Below, piece after piece: positions 11,748 through 20,197 of a stretch of 53,206 nucleotides of DNA. The DNA is from an uncultured Candidatus Saccharibacteria bacterium (lineage in GTDB: Bacteria; Patescibacteriota; Saccharimonadia; Saccharimonadales; JANWIN01), in the NCBI GenBank assembly GCA_964520375.1, contig CAZFNQ010000001.1, forward strand, positions 5,842 through 59,047, written 5' to 3'. The notes beneath the pieces were generated by a model. It saw nothing but the letters and a program-made list of their open reading frames with translations. It was not told where the DNA came from and did no database searches. Within the stretch, counting starts at the first letter, position 1. Each line of letters starts with the position of its first letter. The position numbers were made by a program, and so were the translations under genes.

Positions 11748-12317
11748 ATGAGTTTTGAAGACTTTAAAACAAAACAGTCTGTTGTCGTGGTCTATACCGG
11801 TGAAGGCAAAGGTAAAACTAGCGCCAGTCTGGGGCTAATGGCCAGGGCGCTTGGCAACCGCTGGAATGTGGCTTTTATTCAATTTATAAAACACTGGGGT
11901 ACCGGTGAACATGTTTTTATTCGTGATATCCAGCGAGTTTTTAAAGACCAGCTGTACTTTTATAAGGGCGGCAAGGGCTTTTACAAAGCGGGTGATCTGA
12001 GCCCCCAGCACATTAGCGAAGCCCAACATAAAAAGGCCGCAACTGATACTTATAAAGAAGCCCTTGAAGCTGTCACCAGCGGCAAGTTTGACTTGGTCAT
12101 CTGTGATGAAATTAATAATGCTCTTCATGATGGTTTAATTAATAAAAAACAGCTCAAAGCGCTAATAGAAAAGCGTAAACCCAATACCAGTTTGTGCTTG
12201 ACCGGACGTGACTTCCCTCTGGAATTTCTACCGCTAGTCGACATTGCCACCAATATGACTAAGTTAAAACACCATTTTGACGACAAATTTCTAGCTAACA
12301 GGGGTATAGACTACTAG
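11748..12317 (+). CDS. cobO: Cob(I)yrinic acid a,c-diamide / cob(I)alamin adenosyltransferase (CobO/BtuR family)
   Basis: P-loop-like YTGEGKGKTSASLG, FIQFIK and the DLVICDEINNAL motif are typical of CobA/CobO/BtuR. Confidence 0.75.
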   Translation: MSFEDFKTKQSVVVVYTGEGKGKTSASLGLMARALGNRWNVAFIQFIKHWGTGEHVFIRDIQRVFKDQLYFYKGGKGFYKAGDLSPQHISEAQHKKAATDTYKEALEAVTSGKFDLVICDEINNALHDGLINKKQLKALIEKRKPNTSLCLTGRDFPLEFLPLVDIATNMTKLKHHFDDKFLANRGIDY

Positions 12318-12343
12318 ACTTTACAGCTATTATATGATATAAT
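12315..12343 (+). promoter_or_regulatory. Sigma-70-type promoter of the sigma factor gene (leaderless arrangement)
   Basis: TAGACT (12315-12320), a 17-nt spacer, then TGATATAAT (12335-12343). The ATG at 12350 is only 6 nt downstream and there is no SD. Confidence 0.5.
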
Positions 12344-12349
12344 CTGTGT

Positions 12350-13624
12350 ATGCCAGAACCTGTGGCCAACAATTTTGAAAGAATATGGGATGCCAACGAG
12401 GCATTCCAATCTATAGAAGTAGCCCGCAAATCGGGCACTGAACCCCGGGCTGATCAAGTGGAGACATTCTTGAGTAATGTTGAATACTTCTCTGAACTAC
12501 AGTCACTAATTGCCGAACGTTTAAGACCGGAACTGGGTGAGTCGGAAGTTACAGATGCGGAGCTACTTGGTGCAACTTACGATGCTTTAGCCGAAAGCGA
12601 GCGCGGTGAGGATGAAGAAACTATTTGCCTACGCGCACTTTATAAATTGAGCGATAGGGAACAGCCAAAGAGTGCTGAACCAACAGATCTAAACCCCAAG
12701 ACTTCTGAACCTGAAACTAATAGTGCACACGTCACTGACATGATTGATCAATCCGCAATCGATCAGTTTGCGCTCTATCGTAGTGGCGACTCTGACGCAG
12801 CCATATGGTTGGTTAATCAATACGGTGCTTTTGTGCGTAGTCTTGCCCGTAGACTATCTTTCAAGCTTCCCCGAAGCGCGAGTGCAATAGACTACGACGA
12901 TTTAGTACAAGAAGGTATGATCGCCATGTTGTATGCAGCCGAGAGCTACAGGAATGACATGGGAGCTAACTTCATGACATATTCCAGAACTAGTATTCTC
13001 AGAAAAATGGACCGGCACATTAAGGATATGCGTAGCACAGTCCGAGTGCCTGCTTCAACGCGTGATAAAGCTACTAAAATTGAGGCCATCAATCAACTTC
13101 GGAGGGGAGAACGAAGACCACCCCTAACTCCGCAGGAAATAGCCGAGCTTGTTGATGTAGATCCCGACGATAGATATGTTGCCCGCAATTATAAAGATAA
13201 AACAACGGTTGCAAGCCTTAAGCATGTTCAGCTTATTACTGACAATATGGGTTCGCTTGACCGAGGTTTCTCACCGCATAACGATTTATCACCTGGTAAT
13301 GATTATATCCTCGATGAACGCAATGGAATGGAAAGTATCACTTCTTCTCCTGACCCCGATGTTGAAGATGAGGCTACAAATAGACTATTTAGAGTGGAAG
13401 CTTCCAAGTTTCTAATAGATGGAATCGACTCCCTAAGTGACCGAGAAGCAACAATATTAGCACTTCGATTCGGATTAGATGGAACCGGAATAATGAAAAG
13501 CTTAGACGAAGTCGCACAACAGTTTGATTTAAGTAAGGAACGGGTCCGAATTATCGAGTCCCATGCATTATCAAAACTACGATGGTTCAAGCGGAACACT
13601 TATCATAGTTTGTTTGCGTCTTAG
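12350..13624 (+). CDS. RNA polymerase sigma-70 family factor with a long acidic N-terminal extension
   Basis: Region 2 (DLVQEGMIAMLYAAESYRNDMGANFMTYSRTSILRKM) and the region 4.2 HTH (SLDEVAQQFDLSKERVRIIESHALSKLR). Confidence 0.85.
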   Translation: MPEPVANNFERIWDANEAFQSIEVARKSGTEPRADQVETFLSNVEYFSELQSLIAERLRPELGESEVTDAELLGATYDALAESERGEDEETICLRALYKLSDREQPKSAEPTDLNPKTSEPETNSAHVTDMIDQSAIDQFALYRSGDSDAAIWLVNQYGAFVRSLARRLSFKLPRSASAIDYDDLVQEGMIAMLYAAESYRNDMGANFMTYSRTSILRKMDRHIKDMRSTVRVPASTRDKATKIEAINQLRRGERRPPLTPQEIAELVDVDPDDRYVARNYKDKTTVASLKHVQLITDNMGSLDRGFSPHNDLSPGNDYILDERNGMESITSSPDPDVEDEATNRLFRVEASKFLIDGIDSLSDREATILALRFGLDGTGIMKSLDEVAQQFDLSKERVRIIESHALSKLRWFKRNTYHSLFAS

Positions 13625-13679
13625 TTAGAGCCTTTTTACTTTTCATCTGCGTTAGGCAATCGTGCTAACATTTAGTGGC

Positions 13680-14210
13680 ATGGAGCAAACACTTTTTTTA
13701 ATGCTTGGCTATCCTGGCTCAGGCAAGACAACTACGGCTAAAATTATCCAACAGCTGACTGGTGCTGAACATTTATGGGCTGACCACTTGCGACGTGAAA
13801 TGTATACATTACCCACTTATTCACATCAAGAAAACCTTGAACTATATGCCCATTTAAATAAGATAACCGAACAATTACTTAGTAGCGGTAAAAGCGTAAT
13901 TTTTGACACTAATTTTAGCTTTTATAAAGATCGTGAACACCTACGGCAAATAGCCGCTAAACACGGTTCCCAGGTAATTATTATTTGGGTTCAAGTTCCA
14001 AAAGAAATTGCTCGGCAGCGAGCTGTAGAAGATGCTCATTTACACAGCCATACCCGTGTGCTGGGCCATATGCCAAGGGAACATTTTGAACGCATTTCGG
14101 GTAATCTCGAACCTCTGCGCAGTGACGAGCCCCATATAACTATTGACGGCACAAAAGTCAGCTCTGACTATATTAAGCAGCAACTCCAGACCGCTGGACT
14201 ACTCACATAA
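13680..14210 (+). CDS. P-loop kinase (AAA_33 / zeta-toxin-like fold)
   Basis: Walker A GYPGSGKTT lies near the N-terminus. The ATG at 13680 is preceded by TGCTAACAT 8 nt upstream. Confidence 0.65.
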   Translation: MEQTLFLMLGYPGSGKTTTAKIIQQLTGAEHLWADHLRREMYTLPTYSHQENLELYAHLNKITEQLLSSGKSVIFDTNFSFYKDREHLRQIAAKHGSQVIIIWVQVPKEIARQRAVEDAHLHSHTRVLGHMPREHFERISGNLEPLRSDEPHITIDGTKVSSDYIKQQLQTAGLLT

Positions 14211-14224
14211 GTACTAATAAAGAC

Positions 14225-15094
14225 CTACCTATTTATGCGGCCATAGTTATCATTGAGACGCATCCTAAGAGCAATAATTGGCCAACATATAAGGGAGTAA
14301 ATCATAGAAAAGCCTGTCAGCGACCACCCCAATAGCCCCATAGATAATCGCCGCGATAAACTTATCTTATGTACATTTGAAGCCTTAAGCGTGCCGAGTT
14401 GTTTGTGGTACTTCTTCATACCAAAACTCTTTTTCAGGTAGGCCCAAAACTTTGGCCAGTACAAATAACTGATGCCTTCAGTCCTAATAAGTAATTTATT
14501 ATCCTGGATAATCTTGCCACCTTTGCCAATAAGTACAAGTGATAGATCCTGATCTTCGTGTACCCGGGAGCCGTCAGGGGCAGTGTCTGGTTTGATCCTT
14601 ATCCAGGCGCTTCGGCGAATAGCCATATTTGCTCCCCACATAGTTATAACGCCGTAAAGCGACTGAGCGGTCCAAAAATAGGCTCTGGACCAGAATGTTG
14701 ACCGTAGCCAGCCAATCCCTAGCAACAACCTGGTTTGACCTAAGCCAGCAACGCCGTCAATGCTAGAGTCACTAAAGTCATCCAAGACACGCTCGACCCA
14801 ACCCGGCATGACTATACTGTCGGCGTCAATGCGACCAATAATATCCCCCCGAGCCGCATTAAAACCTCGATTACGCGAAACTGTTCTACCTTGGATTGGT
14901 TCCTTTAGGATACGGACCAAATTGTATTTCTGTGCGATCGCCATGCTTCCATCCGTTGAATTGTTGTCCACTACAATCACTTCCAGCGGTTTGACCGTCT
15001 GAGTAACTATGGCGTCCAGGCAGGCTTTCATATGGTTTTGTTCATTGTAAACTGGTATAACTATGCTAAGCGTTAGCGATTTATCGTTGGGCAT
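14225..15094 (-). CDS. Family 2 glycosyltransferase with C-terminal TM segments
   Basis: LSIVIPVYNE, VVDNNSTDGS, the RIDADS (DxD-like) motif and a C-terminal hydrophobic region. Confidence 0.8.
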   Translation of the reverse strand: MPNDKSLTLSIVIPVYNEQNHMKACLDAIVTQTVKPLEVIVVDNNSTDGSMAIAQKYNLVRILKEPIQGRTVSRNRGFNAARGDIIGRIDADSIVMPGWVERVLDDFSDSSIDGVAGLGQTRLLLGIGWLRSTFWSRAYFWTAQSLYGVITMWGANMAIRRSAWIRIKPDTAPDGSRVHEDQDLSLVLIGKGGKIIQDNKLLIRTEGISYLYWPKFWAYLKKSFGMKKYHKQLGTLKASNVHKISLSRRLSMGLLGWSLTGFSMIYSLICWPIIALRMRLNDNYGRINR

Positions 15095-15126
15095 ATATAT
15101 TAGTTTATAGCAGGTTAGCCAAGTCA

Positions 15127-16299
15127 GTGAAAAAAGCCGGCTCCAAAAAAAATAAGCGACAAGTTACTAATCGTATTAGGCCAATCATATATTGGTTGGA
15201 AGCTAGTGTTTACTCAACAATATTAAATATCTTACCTAAGAAAACTTTTTGGCGTCGCTTAGTCCTATCTCTAATAGCATTTGTACTCCTTACCGTCGGT
15301 AGCATGTACGGTATAGCCCGCTGGTACATTGCCCAAAATGCCAACAAGCCACTGAAGCTTGGTGTAACGTTCATCCCAAATTATGCACAAGGTTTTGGTT
15401 TAGACCCAAAGCAGACCATGCAAGCCATGATTACGGACCTTGGTGTAAAAAATATCCGTTTGGTTAGCTACTGGGAGACTATAGAACCTAGTCCAGGCAA
15501 ATATGACTTTAGTCAGCTGGACTGGGAATTTGCCATGGCAAACGCCGCAGGAGCAAAGATCAGCTTGGCCATTGGTCTGCGTCAACCCAGGTGGCCGGAA
15601 TGTCATTCACCTACTTGGGCCGGTGTAAAAACTAAACCCGAAAGTGTTTGGTACCCCAAGCTAAAAGAAGTTATGCGCCGTGTTGTTGAGCGCTACAAAA
15701 ATAACCCCGCACTGGGCAGTTATCAGTTGGAGAATGAGTACTTCTTAACAGTATTTGGTGAGTGCACTAACTTTAACCGCCAGCGTTTAATTAATGAGTA
15801 TAACTATGTAAAACAACTTGATCCCAACCATACGCTTATTGTCAGCCGCAGCAATAACGCTATCGGTTTGCCGATTGGCCAGCCGAGGCCCGATGAATTC
15901 GGTGTATCTGTATACAAGCGAGTTTGGGATGCTACGATTACACACCGCTATTTTGAATACCCGTTTCCGGCATGGTTTTACGGCTTTTTGGCCGGTGCTG
16001 GCAAGATTTTAACAGGTAAAGATATGATAATTCACGAACTCCAAGCCGAACCGTGGCCTCCCGGTGGTATTACTGGGCCGACGTCATCAATGGCCGAGCT
16101 GGCTAAATCTTTAGATGCCAAACGCTTAAAGGATAGGTTTAGCTATGGTGAAGCCACTGGAATTCGTGAAATTTACCTCTGGGGAGCGGAGTATTGGTAT
16201 TGGCGCAAAGTTAAGTTTAACGATGACAGCATGTGGCAAGTTGCCCAGCAGGAATTCGCCAAAGCCAATGCTGATAACGCTAATCTTTTATCTAAATAG
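15127..16299 (+). CDS. Membrane-anchored clan GH-A (TIM-barrel) glycoside hydrolase, GH5/GH42-like
   Basis: N-terminal TM, W..IEP..G.YDF, an acid/base-type NEY in YQLENEYF, and a candidate nucleophile in IHELQAEPW. Confidence 0.6.
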   Translation: MKKAGSKKNKRQVTNRIRPIIYWLEASVYSTILNILPKKTFWRRLVLSLIAFVLLTVGSMYGIARWYIAQNANKPLKLGVTFIPNYAQGFGLDPKQTMQAMITDLGVKNIRLVSYWETIEPSPGKYDFSQLDWEFAMANAAGAKISLAIGLRQPRWPECHSPTWAGVKTKPESVWYPKLKEVMRRVVERYKNNPALGSYQLENEYFLTVFGECTNFNRQRLINEYNYVKQLDPNHTLIVSRSNNAIGLPIGQPRPDEFGVSVYKRVWDATITHRYFEYPFPAWFYGFLAGAGKILTGKDMIIHELQAEPWPPGGITGPTSSMAELAKSLDAKRLKDRFSYGEATGIREIYLWGAEYWYWRKVKFNDDSMWQVAQQEFAKANADNANLLSK

Positions 16300-16303
16300 T
16301 CTG

Positions 16304-17317
16304 CTATCCTGCAATAGCCATGCGGGCAAGCAGGGCATGCAGCACGACGTTATCGCCCATTGAGTGATTCTGGCCCTCAAGACTTACGACAGATACACGG
16401 GAGTTGTCTTGATTCGCTAACGTGTACCTGAAAAAGTCCTGCATTTCAATCGGAAATATCCTGCTATCTCCGCCGCCACCAATAGTAAGCTTAAAGTCTT
16501 GATTAGCCCCGGTAGCCGCGGCGACATCTGTATTTAAAGTGCTAGAAGCCATTCCTCGCTTGACGGAGCGCATTGTCATTGCTGACCAGCTGATTATCCA
16601 GTCTTTGGTTATTCGCGCAGTCTGTAAGATATTATTGATGCCGCCGCCAGCGCGCTGAGCATCTGTTAGAGCTGGTATCGCCGAGTCGTTAATGGCCCGA
16701 TTTAGATCTTTTAATTTAGTGCTGAAGAAAGCGCCTTCCAGTTCCCTAATTTTTCTGGTTAGACAATTAGGTGGTTCAAATAGTCCGGAATTACCTAATT
16801 CAAACCGACTATTTTCTGCAGCCAGTCTTAGTGCGGCCGCTCCAACCGAAGCCCCAAACGAGTAACCTATTACATTCAGTCGCTCTATCTTAAGATAATC
16901 CAATACATGGGCCTGTTTATCGGCAATTGGGTCAAAGTGACCGTTTGCCACATCTGTTCGCTGATCATCACTCAGAGCGTAAGCTGTCTGGCTTGATGTA
17001 TTATCTGGAAATACTATCAGCCGGGTAGGCTCAGGCAATATATTCTGCAGAGCCATGGCACGAATAGCCATGCTGGGCTTCCAACCGTTCGTATAAGGCA
17101 GCGTTAAGACAACCGCTGATTCGCGGTCATGATCTTCCATGGGTGAAAGTTCAACATAACGTGCACCTTCATAGCCACTGTACTTTGCTTCCGGCATAGA
17201 TTTAACAACTTGATCCAAGGATTGGGCTGCTAAGTCTTCATGAGCCTCCCGGGCATGGTCATCCCAGTAGGGCAGGAGCTCAGGCGGCACCACAGGTTGA
17301 AGTGTTTCCAAGCTCAT
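16304..17317 (-). CDS. Alpha/beta-fold hydrolase
   Basis: Nucleophile elbow GYSFGAS (GxSxG) at the expected position. Confidence 0.6.
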   Translation of the reverse strand: MSLETLQPVVPPELLPYWDDHAREAHEDLAAQSLDQVVKSMPEAKYSGYEGARYVELSPMEDHDRESAVVLTLPYTNGWKPSMAIRAMALQNILPEPTRLIVFPDNTSSQTAYALSDDQRTDVANGHFDPIADKQAHVLDYLKIERLNVIGYSFGASVGAAALRLAAENSRFELGNSGLFEPPNCLTRKIRELEGAFFSTKLKDLNRAINDSAIPALTDAQRAGGGINNILQTARITKDWIISWSAMTMRSVKRGMASSTLNTDVAAATGANQDFKLTIGGGGDSRIFPIEMQDFFRYTLANQDNSRVSVVSLEGQNHSMGDNVVLHALLARMAIAG

Positions 17318-17392
17318 AATTAATAATATTTTATCATTTTAATAGGTTTTTGTCTATACTTATTATGCTTTTACTGGTACAATATTTGGGTT

Positions 17393-17857
17393 ATGAAAAA
17401 GAAGGCCAAGAGCCAGATCAAGCGCATATCTAATCGACGAGCCAAGTTTGATTACGAACTAGGTGATAGTTTTGTGGTGGGCCTGCAACTAACCGGCGGC
17501 GAGACCAAAGCCCTACGGTTGGGTCATGGCCAGCTGCGCGGAGCCTACGTAACCATTAAAGACGGAGAACTGTGGCTAATTAATGCCGCTATCAGTCCCA
17601 GTGCAGGAGTACCCATTAGCGAAGCTGATCAAACCCGCAGCCGAAAACTACTGGCCAAGCGAAAAGAAATTGACCGACTAGCTGCCGCCAAACAACAAGG
17701 CCAAACTATCATTCCATTGGAAATATTGACAGGCGGGCGGTATATAAAGCTCCGAGTTTCACTTGGAAAAGGCAAAAAACGCTATGACAAACGCCAAGTT
17801 CTAAAAGCCCGTGACCAAAAACGCCAAATTGAGAATATAGTTAAGTCGTCTTATTAA
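17393..17857 (+). CDS. smpB: SsrA-binding protein
   Basis: N.RA.FDY, L.G.E.K, and a basic C-terminal tail with KGKKRYDKRQ. Confidence 0.9.
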   Translation: MKKKAKSQIKRISNRRAKFDYELGDSFVVGLQLTGGETKALRLGHGQLRGAYVTIKDGELWLINAAISPSAGVPISEADQTRSRKLLAKRKEIDRLAAAKQQGQTIIPLEILTGGRYIKLRVSLGKGKKRYDKRQVLKARDQKRQIENIVKSSY

Positions 17858-17930
17858 CTTTTAAGCTTTAGTATAAACCATGTTTGCCAACAGATAAGCC
17901 CTCAGCTATAATTCGTCCGTTAGTCGCTAA

Positions 17931-18005
17931 TCCAGAGTAGCTCAATGGTAGAGCAGTGCCCTGTTAAGGCAATGGTTGCCGGTTCGAGTCCGGCCTCTGG
18001 AGCCA
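17931..18005 (+). tRNA. tRNA-Asn (anticodon GTT), CCA encoded
   Basis: Manual cloverleaf: acceptor TCCAGAG/CTCTGGA, D stem GCTC/GAGC, anticodon loop CTGTTAA, T arm GCCGG-TTCGAGT-CCGGC, discriminator G plus CCA. Confidence 0.9.
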
Positions 18006-18010
18006 AGCAT

Positions 18011-18036
18011 AAGCGCTTTGAAAGAAGTGCTTTTTT
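18011..18036 (+). terminator. Weak intrinsic terminator after tRNA-Asn
   Basis: AAGCGC / GTGCTT form a 6-bp stem with one G-T pair, followed by TTTTTT. Confidence 0.35.
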
Positions 18037-18056
18037 GATGCCGCGGGATTATAATT

Positions 18057-18842
18057 ATGCTTATGTTAAGAAGAGAAGACGGTTTTGGAGTTCTACCCGT
18101 TATTGTCGTAGTTGTAGTATTAATAATTATTGGATTAGTTGCAAGTAAGGTACTAACTAACAACAAACCAAGACAGCAATCACAATCTACCAGACAAGCC
18201 AATAGCCCTCAGACGAATAATGAGAACTGTAACTCCCAGCCGCGGTTTCAAACGCCGGTCGATCTTAGCAAAGTTAGCAGTATTTTATATCCCGGGCAAT
18301 ACCGCGGCAATGAATACAAAGCCCACGGTGGTTTTCGGTTTGATAGCTACAAGCCCGCAGATATAGTAGTAAAAGCACCCTTAGACGCCCAGATTGAGCG
18401 GGCTGGTCGCTATATCCAAAATGGTGACGTGCAAATCCTGCTAGAGTTTAGCGCCGCTTGTGGCATAACTTACCGCTTTGATCACATACTTACTGTTGCA
18501 GCCGAGCTGCAGTCGTTAGTGGACAGCTTGCCCAGGCCGACATCGGACTCACACACTACACTAGTCAACCCACCAGTGAATATAACTGTTGGGCAGGTGA
18601 TTGCAACTGCGGTCGGCTCGCCCAGCACCCACAACACATTTGTTGACTTTGGTGTTTATAATACGCTGCACAAAAATAAGGCATCTAATGACCCTGCATG
18701 GCTAGCCAAACATACTCAAAACCCAAATGACCAGTACGGAATCTGCTGGTTCGATCTACTAACACCCCGGGATGCTACTCTGGTCAGGAGCTTACCATCA
18801 GGGTCAAGCGAGAGTGGCAAGACCAGCGATTATTGTAACTAA
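18057..18842 (+). CDS. Membrane-anchored secreted hypothetical protein
   Basis: N-terminal TM (VLPVIVVVVVLIIIGLV). TATAAT at 18050-18055 suggests the true start may be the ATG at 18063. The body resembles a LytM-like layout only weakly. Confidence 0.5.
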   Translation: MLMLRREDGFGVLPVIVVVVVLIIIGLVASKVLTNNKPRQQSQSTRQANSPQTNNENCNSQPRFQTPVDLSKVSSILYPGQYRGNEYKAHGGFRFDSYKPADIVVKAPLDAQIERAGRYIQNGDVQILLEFSAACGITYRFDHILTVAAELQSLVDSLPRPTSDSHTTLVNPPVNITVGQVIATAVGSPSTHNTFVDFGVYNTLHKNKASNDPAWLAKHTQNPNDQYGICWFDLLTPRDATLVRSLPSGSSESGKTSDYCN

Positions 18843-18914
18843 GTTTAAACTGCAATATAGTTCTAAGTTCCATCACTATGGAGAGCCATAGATAAATACG
18901 AGCTTTAACTTCGT

Positions 18915-19607
18915 TTATGGTTCTACATTAAAGTAGCCTGCTGTCTCAGCATGCAAATGATCGTGGAACTGATAAGTGCCCGACTCGGAGAGCGTTATTG
19001 TCTTACCATAGCCTTTTTGAACACTTAGTTCAGCCACCCCAGCGTAGGCTTCATGCGCTAGGTGAGGCCCGAATGAAATATCACGAATTTCGTTATCTTC
19101 ATTAATAAACGTCAGGGTATCGCACTTGTGAGCAGCCGTATGCAGAGGACTTACCACTCCGTTTTTGATGTTGACTTTGTGGTTGACACGAAGCTCCTGG
19201 CAAGCCCCGGTCGCCTGACCACCAATCTGGGAGATACCTTCATCATTGACTAGTTTCTTTGTGATGTCTGTTGACGACATATTGTAGTGCAAGTTGTTAA
19301 TGATCAATATTGATCCGCCCACTATAATCAGAATGACACCGACTGTAGCTACATAGAAGAATAAGTTCCAATTTGGTTTTGGTCCACGGCCTATATGCAA
19401 GAAGAAAGTTATTTGAATCACCATTTGGATTACGGCAAACCCTAAGATTGTTGCCAGCAGCGCCGTACCTGATATCGATTGGTTTACGACTAAATAGTAA
19501 GGAATTAATGTAACTACCAAAGACAATATCAAACCAATGACATAAGATTTCATAGTCCCATGCTCTGGCTTAGGTTTGCCGCTAGAATTGTGTGCTGGAC
19601 CACTCAT
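18915..19607 (-). CDS. cyoD: Cytochrome o quinol oxidase subunit IV fused to a ~110-aa C-terminal cupredoxin-like domain
   Basis: The N-terminal 115 aa have three TM segments and a CyoD-like sequence (KSYVIGLILSLVVTLIPYYLV, FFLH). The extra C-terminal domain ends in GTYQFHDHLHAETAGYFNV. ATGA overlap with cyoC. Confidence 0.8.
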   Translation of the reverse strand: MSGPAHNSSGKPKPEHGTMKSYVIGLILSLVVTLIPYYLVVNQSISGTALLATILGFAVIQMVIQITFFLHIGRGPKPNWNLFFYVATVGVILIIVGGSILIINNLHYNMSSTDITKKLVNDEGISQIGGQATGACQELRVNHKVNIKNGVVSPLHTAAHKCDTLTFINEDNEIRDISFGPHLAHEAYAGVAELSVQKGYGKTITLSESGTYQFHDHLHAETAGYFNVEP

Positions 19608-20197
19608 TTAAACGCCCCTAAGTACACGAAAGTGAAAATAAAGATCCAGACAATATCCAGAAAGTGCCAAAACAGACTGAGCATATTCAACTTTCGAACC
19701 ATATGCCAGTTAAGTCCCCGCTTCATGATGAAAGCCAGGGTGATAACCATCCAGAGTAGTCCTGAGATAATATGCAGTCCGTGTGTTCCGACCAGCACGA
19801 AGAATGATGATAGAAAAGCGCTACTTTGCAGAGTGTGCCCATCGTGGATTAAACTGGCGAATTCATGCATCTCTATACTTAAAAACCCCAGACCGAGTAG
19901 GAACGTGACGGCGAACCACAAAAGTGTCTGATTCTTCTTGCCCCCACGCGCCGCGATCATGCCAATACCACATGTAAAACTGCTGGTGAGAAGTATGATG
20001 GTTTCAGTCAGTGCCAGTGGGAGACTAAAGAGATCTCGGCCCGACTCTGTGCCAAAAGTATTGCCATGCAGCACCGCATAGGCAGCAAACAGGACAGCAA
20101 ACATCAAAAGATCCGTCATCAAATACACCCAAAAACCGAAGGCAGCCCGTTCATTTGCCTCTATTTCGTGGTGGTTCAACTGGTGTGATGTTTCCAT
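19604..20197 (-). CDS. cyoC: Cytochrome o quinol oxidase subunit III
   Basis: Five-TM protein with typical heme-copper oxidase subunit III motifs (FWHFLDIVWIF), in the expected operon position. Confidence 0.9.
   Translation of the reverse strand: METSHQLNHHEIEANERAAFGFWVYLMTDLLMFAVLFAAYAVLHGNTFGTESGRDLFSLPLALTETIILLTSSFTCGIGMIAARGGKKNQTLLWFAVTFLLGLGFLSIEMHEFASLIHDGHTLQSSAFLSSFFVLVGTHGLHIISGLLWMVITLAFIMKRGLNWHMVRKLNMLSLFWHFLDIVWIFIFTFVYLGAFK

Noticed and set aside
17858-17930. A tmRNA (ssrA) expected next to smpB.
   Set aside because: The only structured RNA downstream of smpB is a 75-nt canonical tRNA-Asn. There is no tRNA-Ala-like acceptor with a tag reading frame, and no room for a ~350-nt tmRNA.
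17942-18202. The ORFs at 17942-18202 (-) and 17945-18148 (+).
   Set aside because: They overlap tRNA-Asn and the start of the 18057 gene. They have no SD or promoter context and are low-complexity translations.
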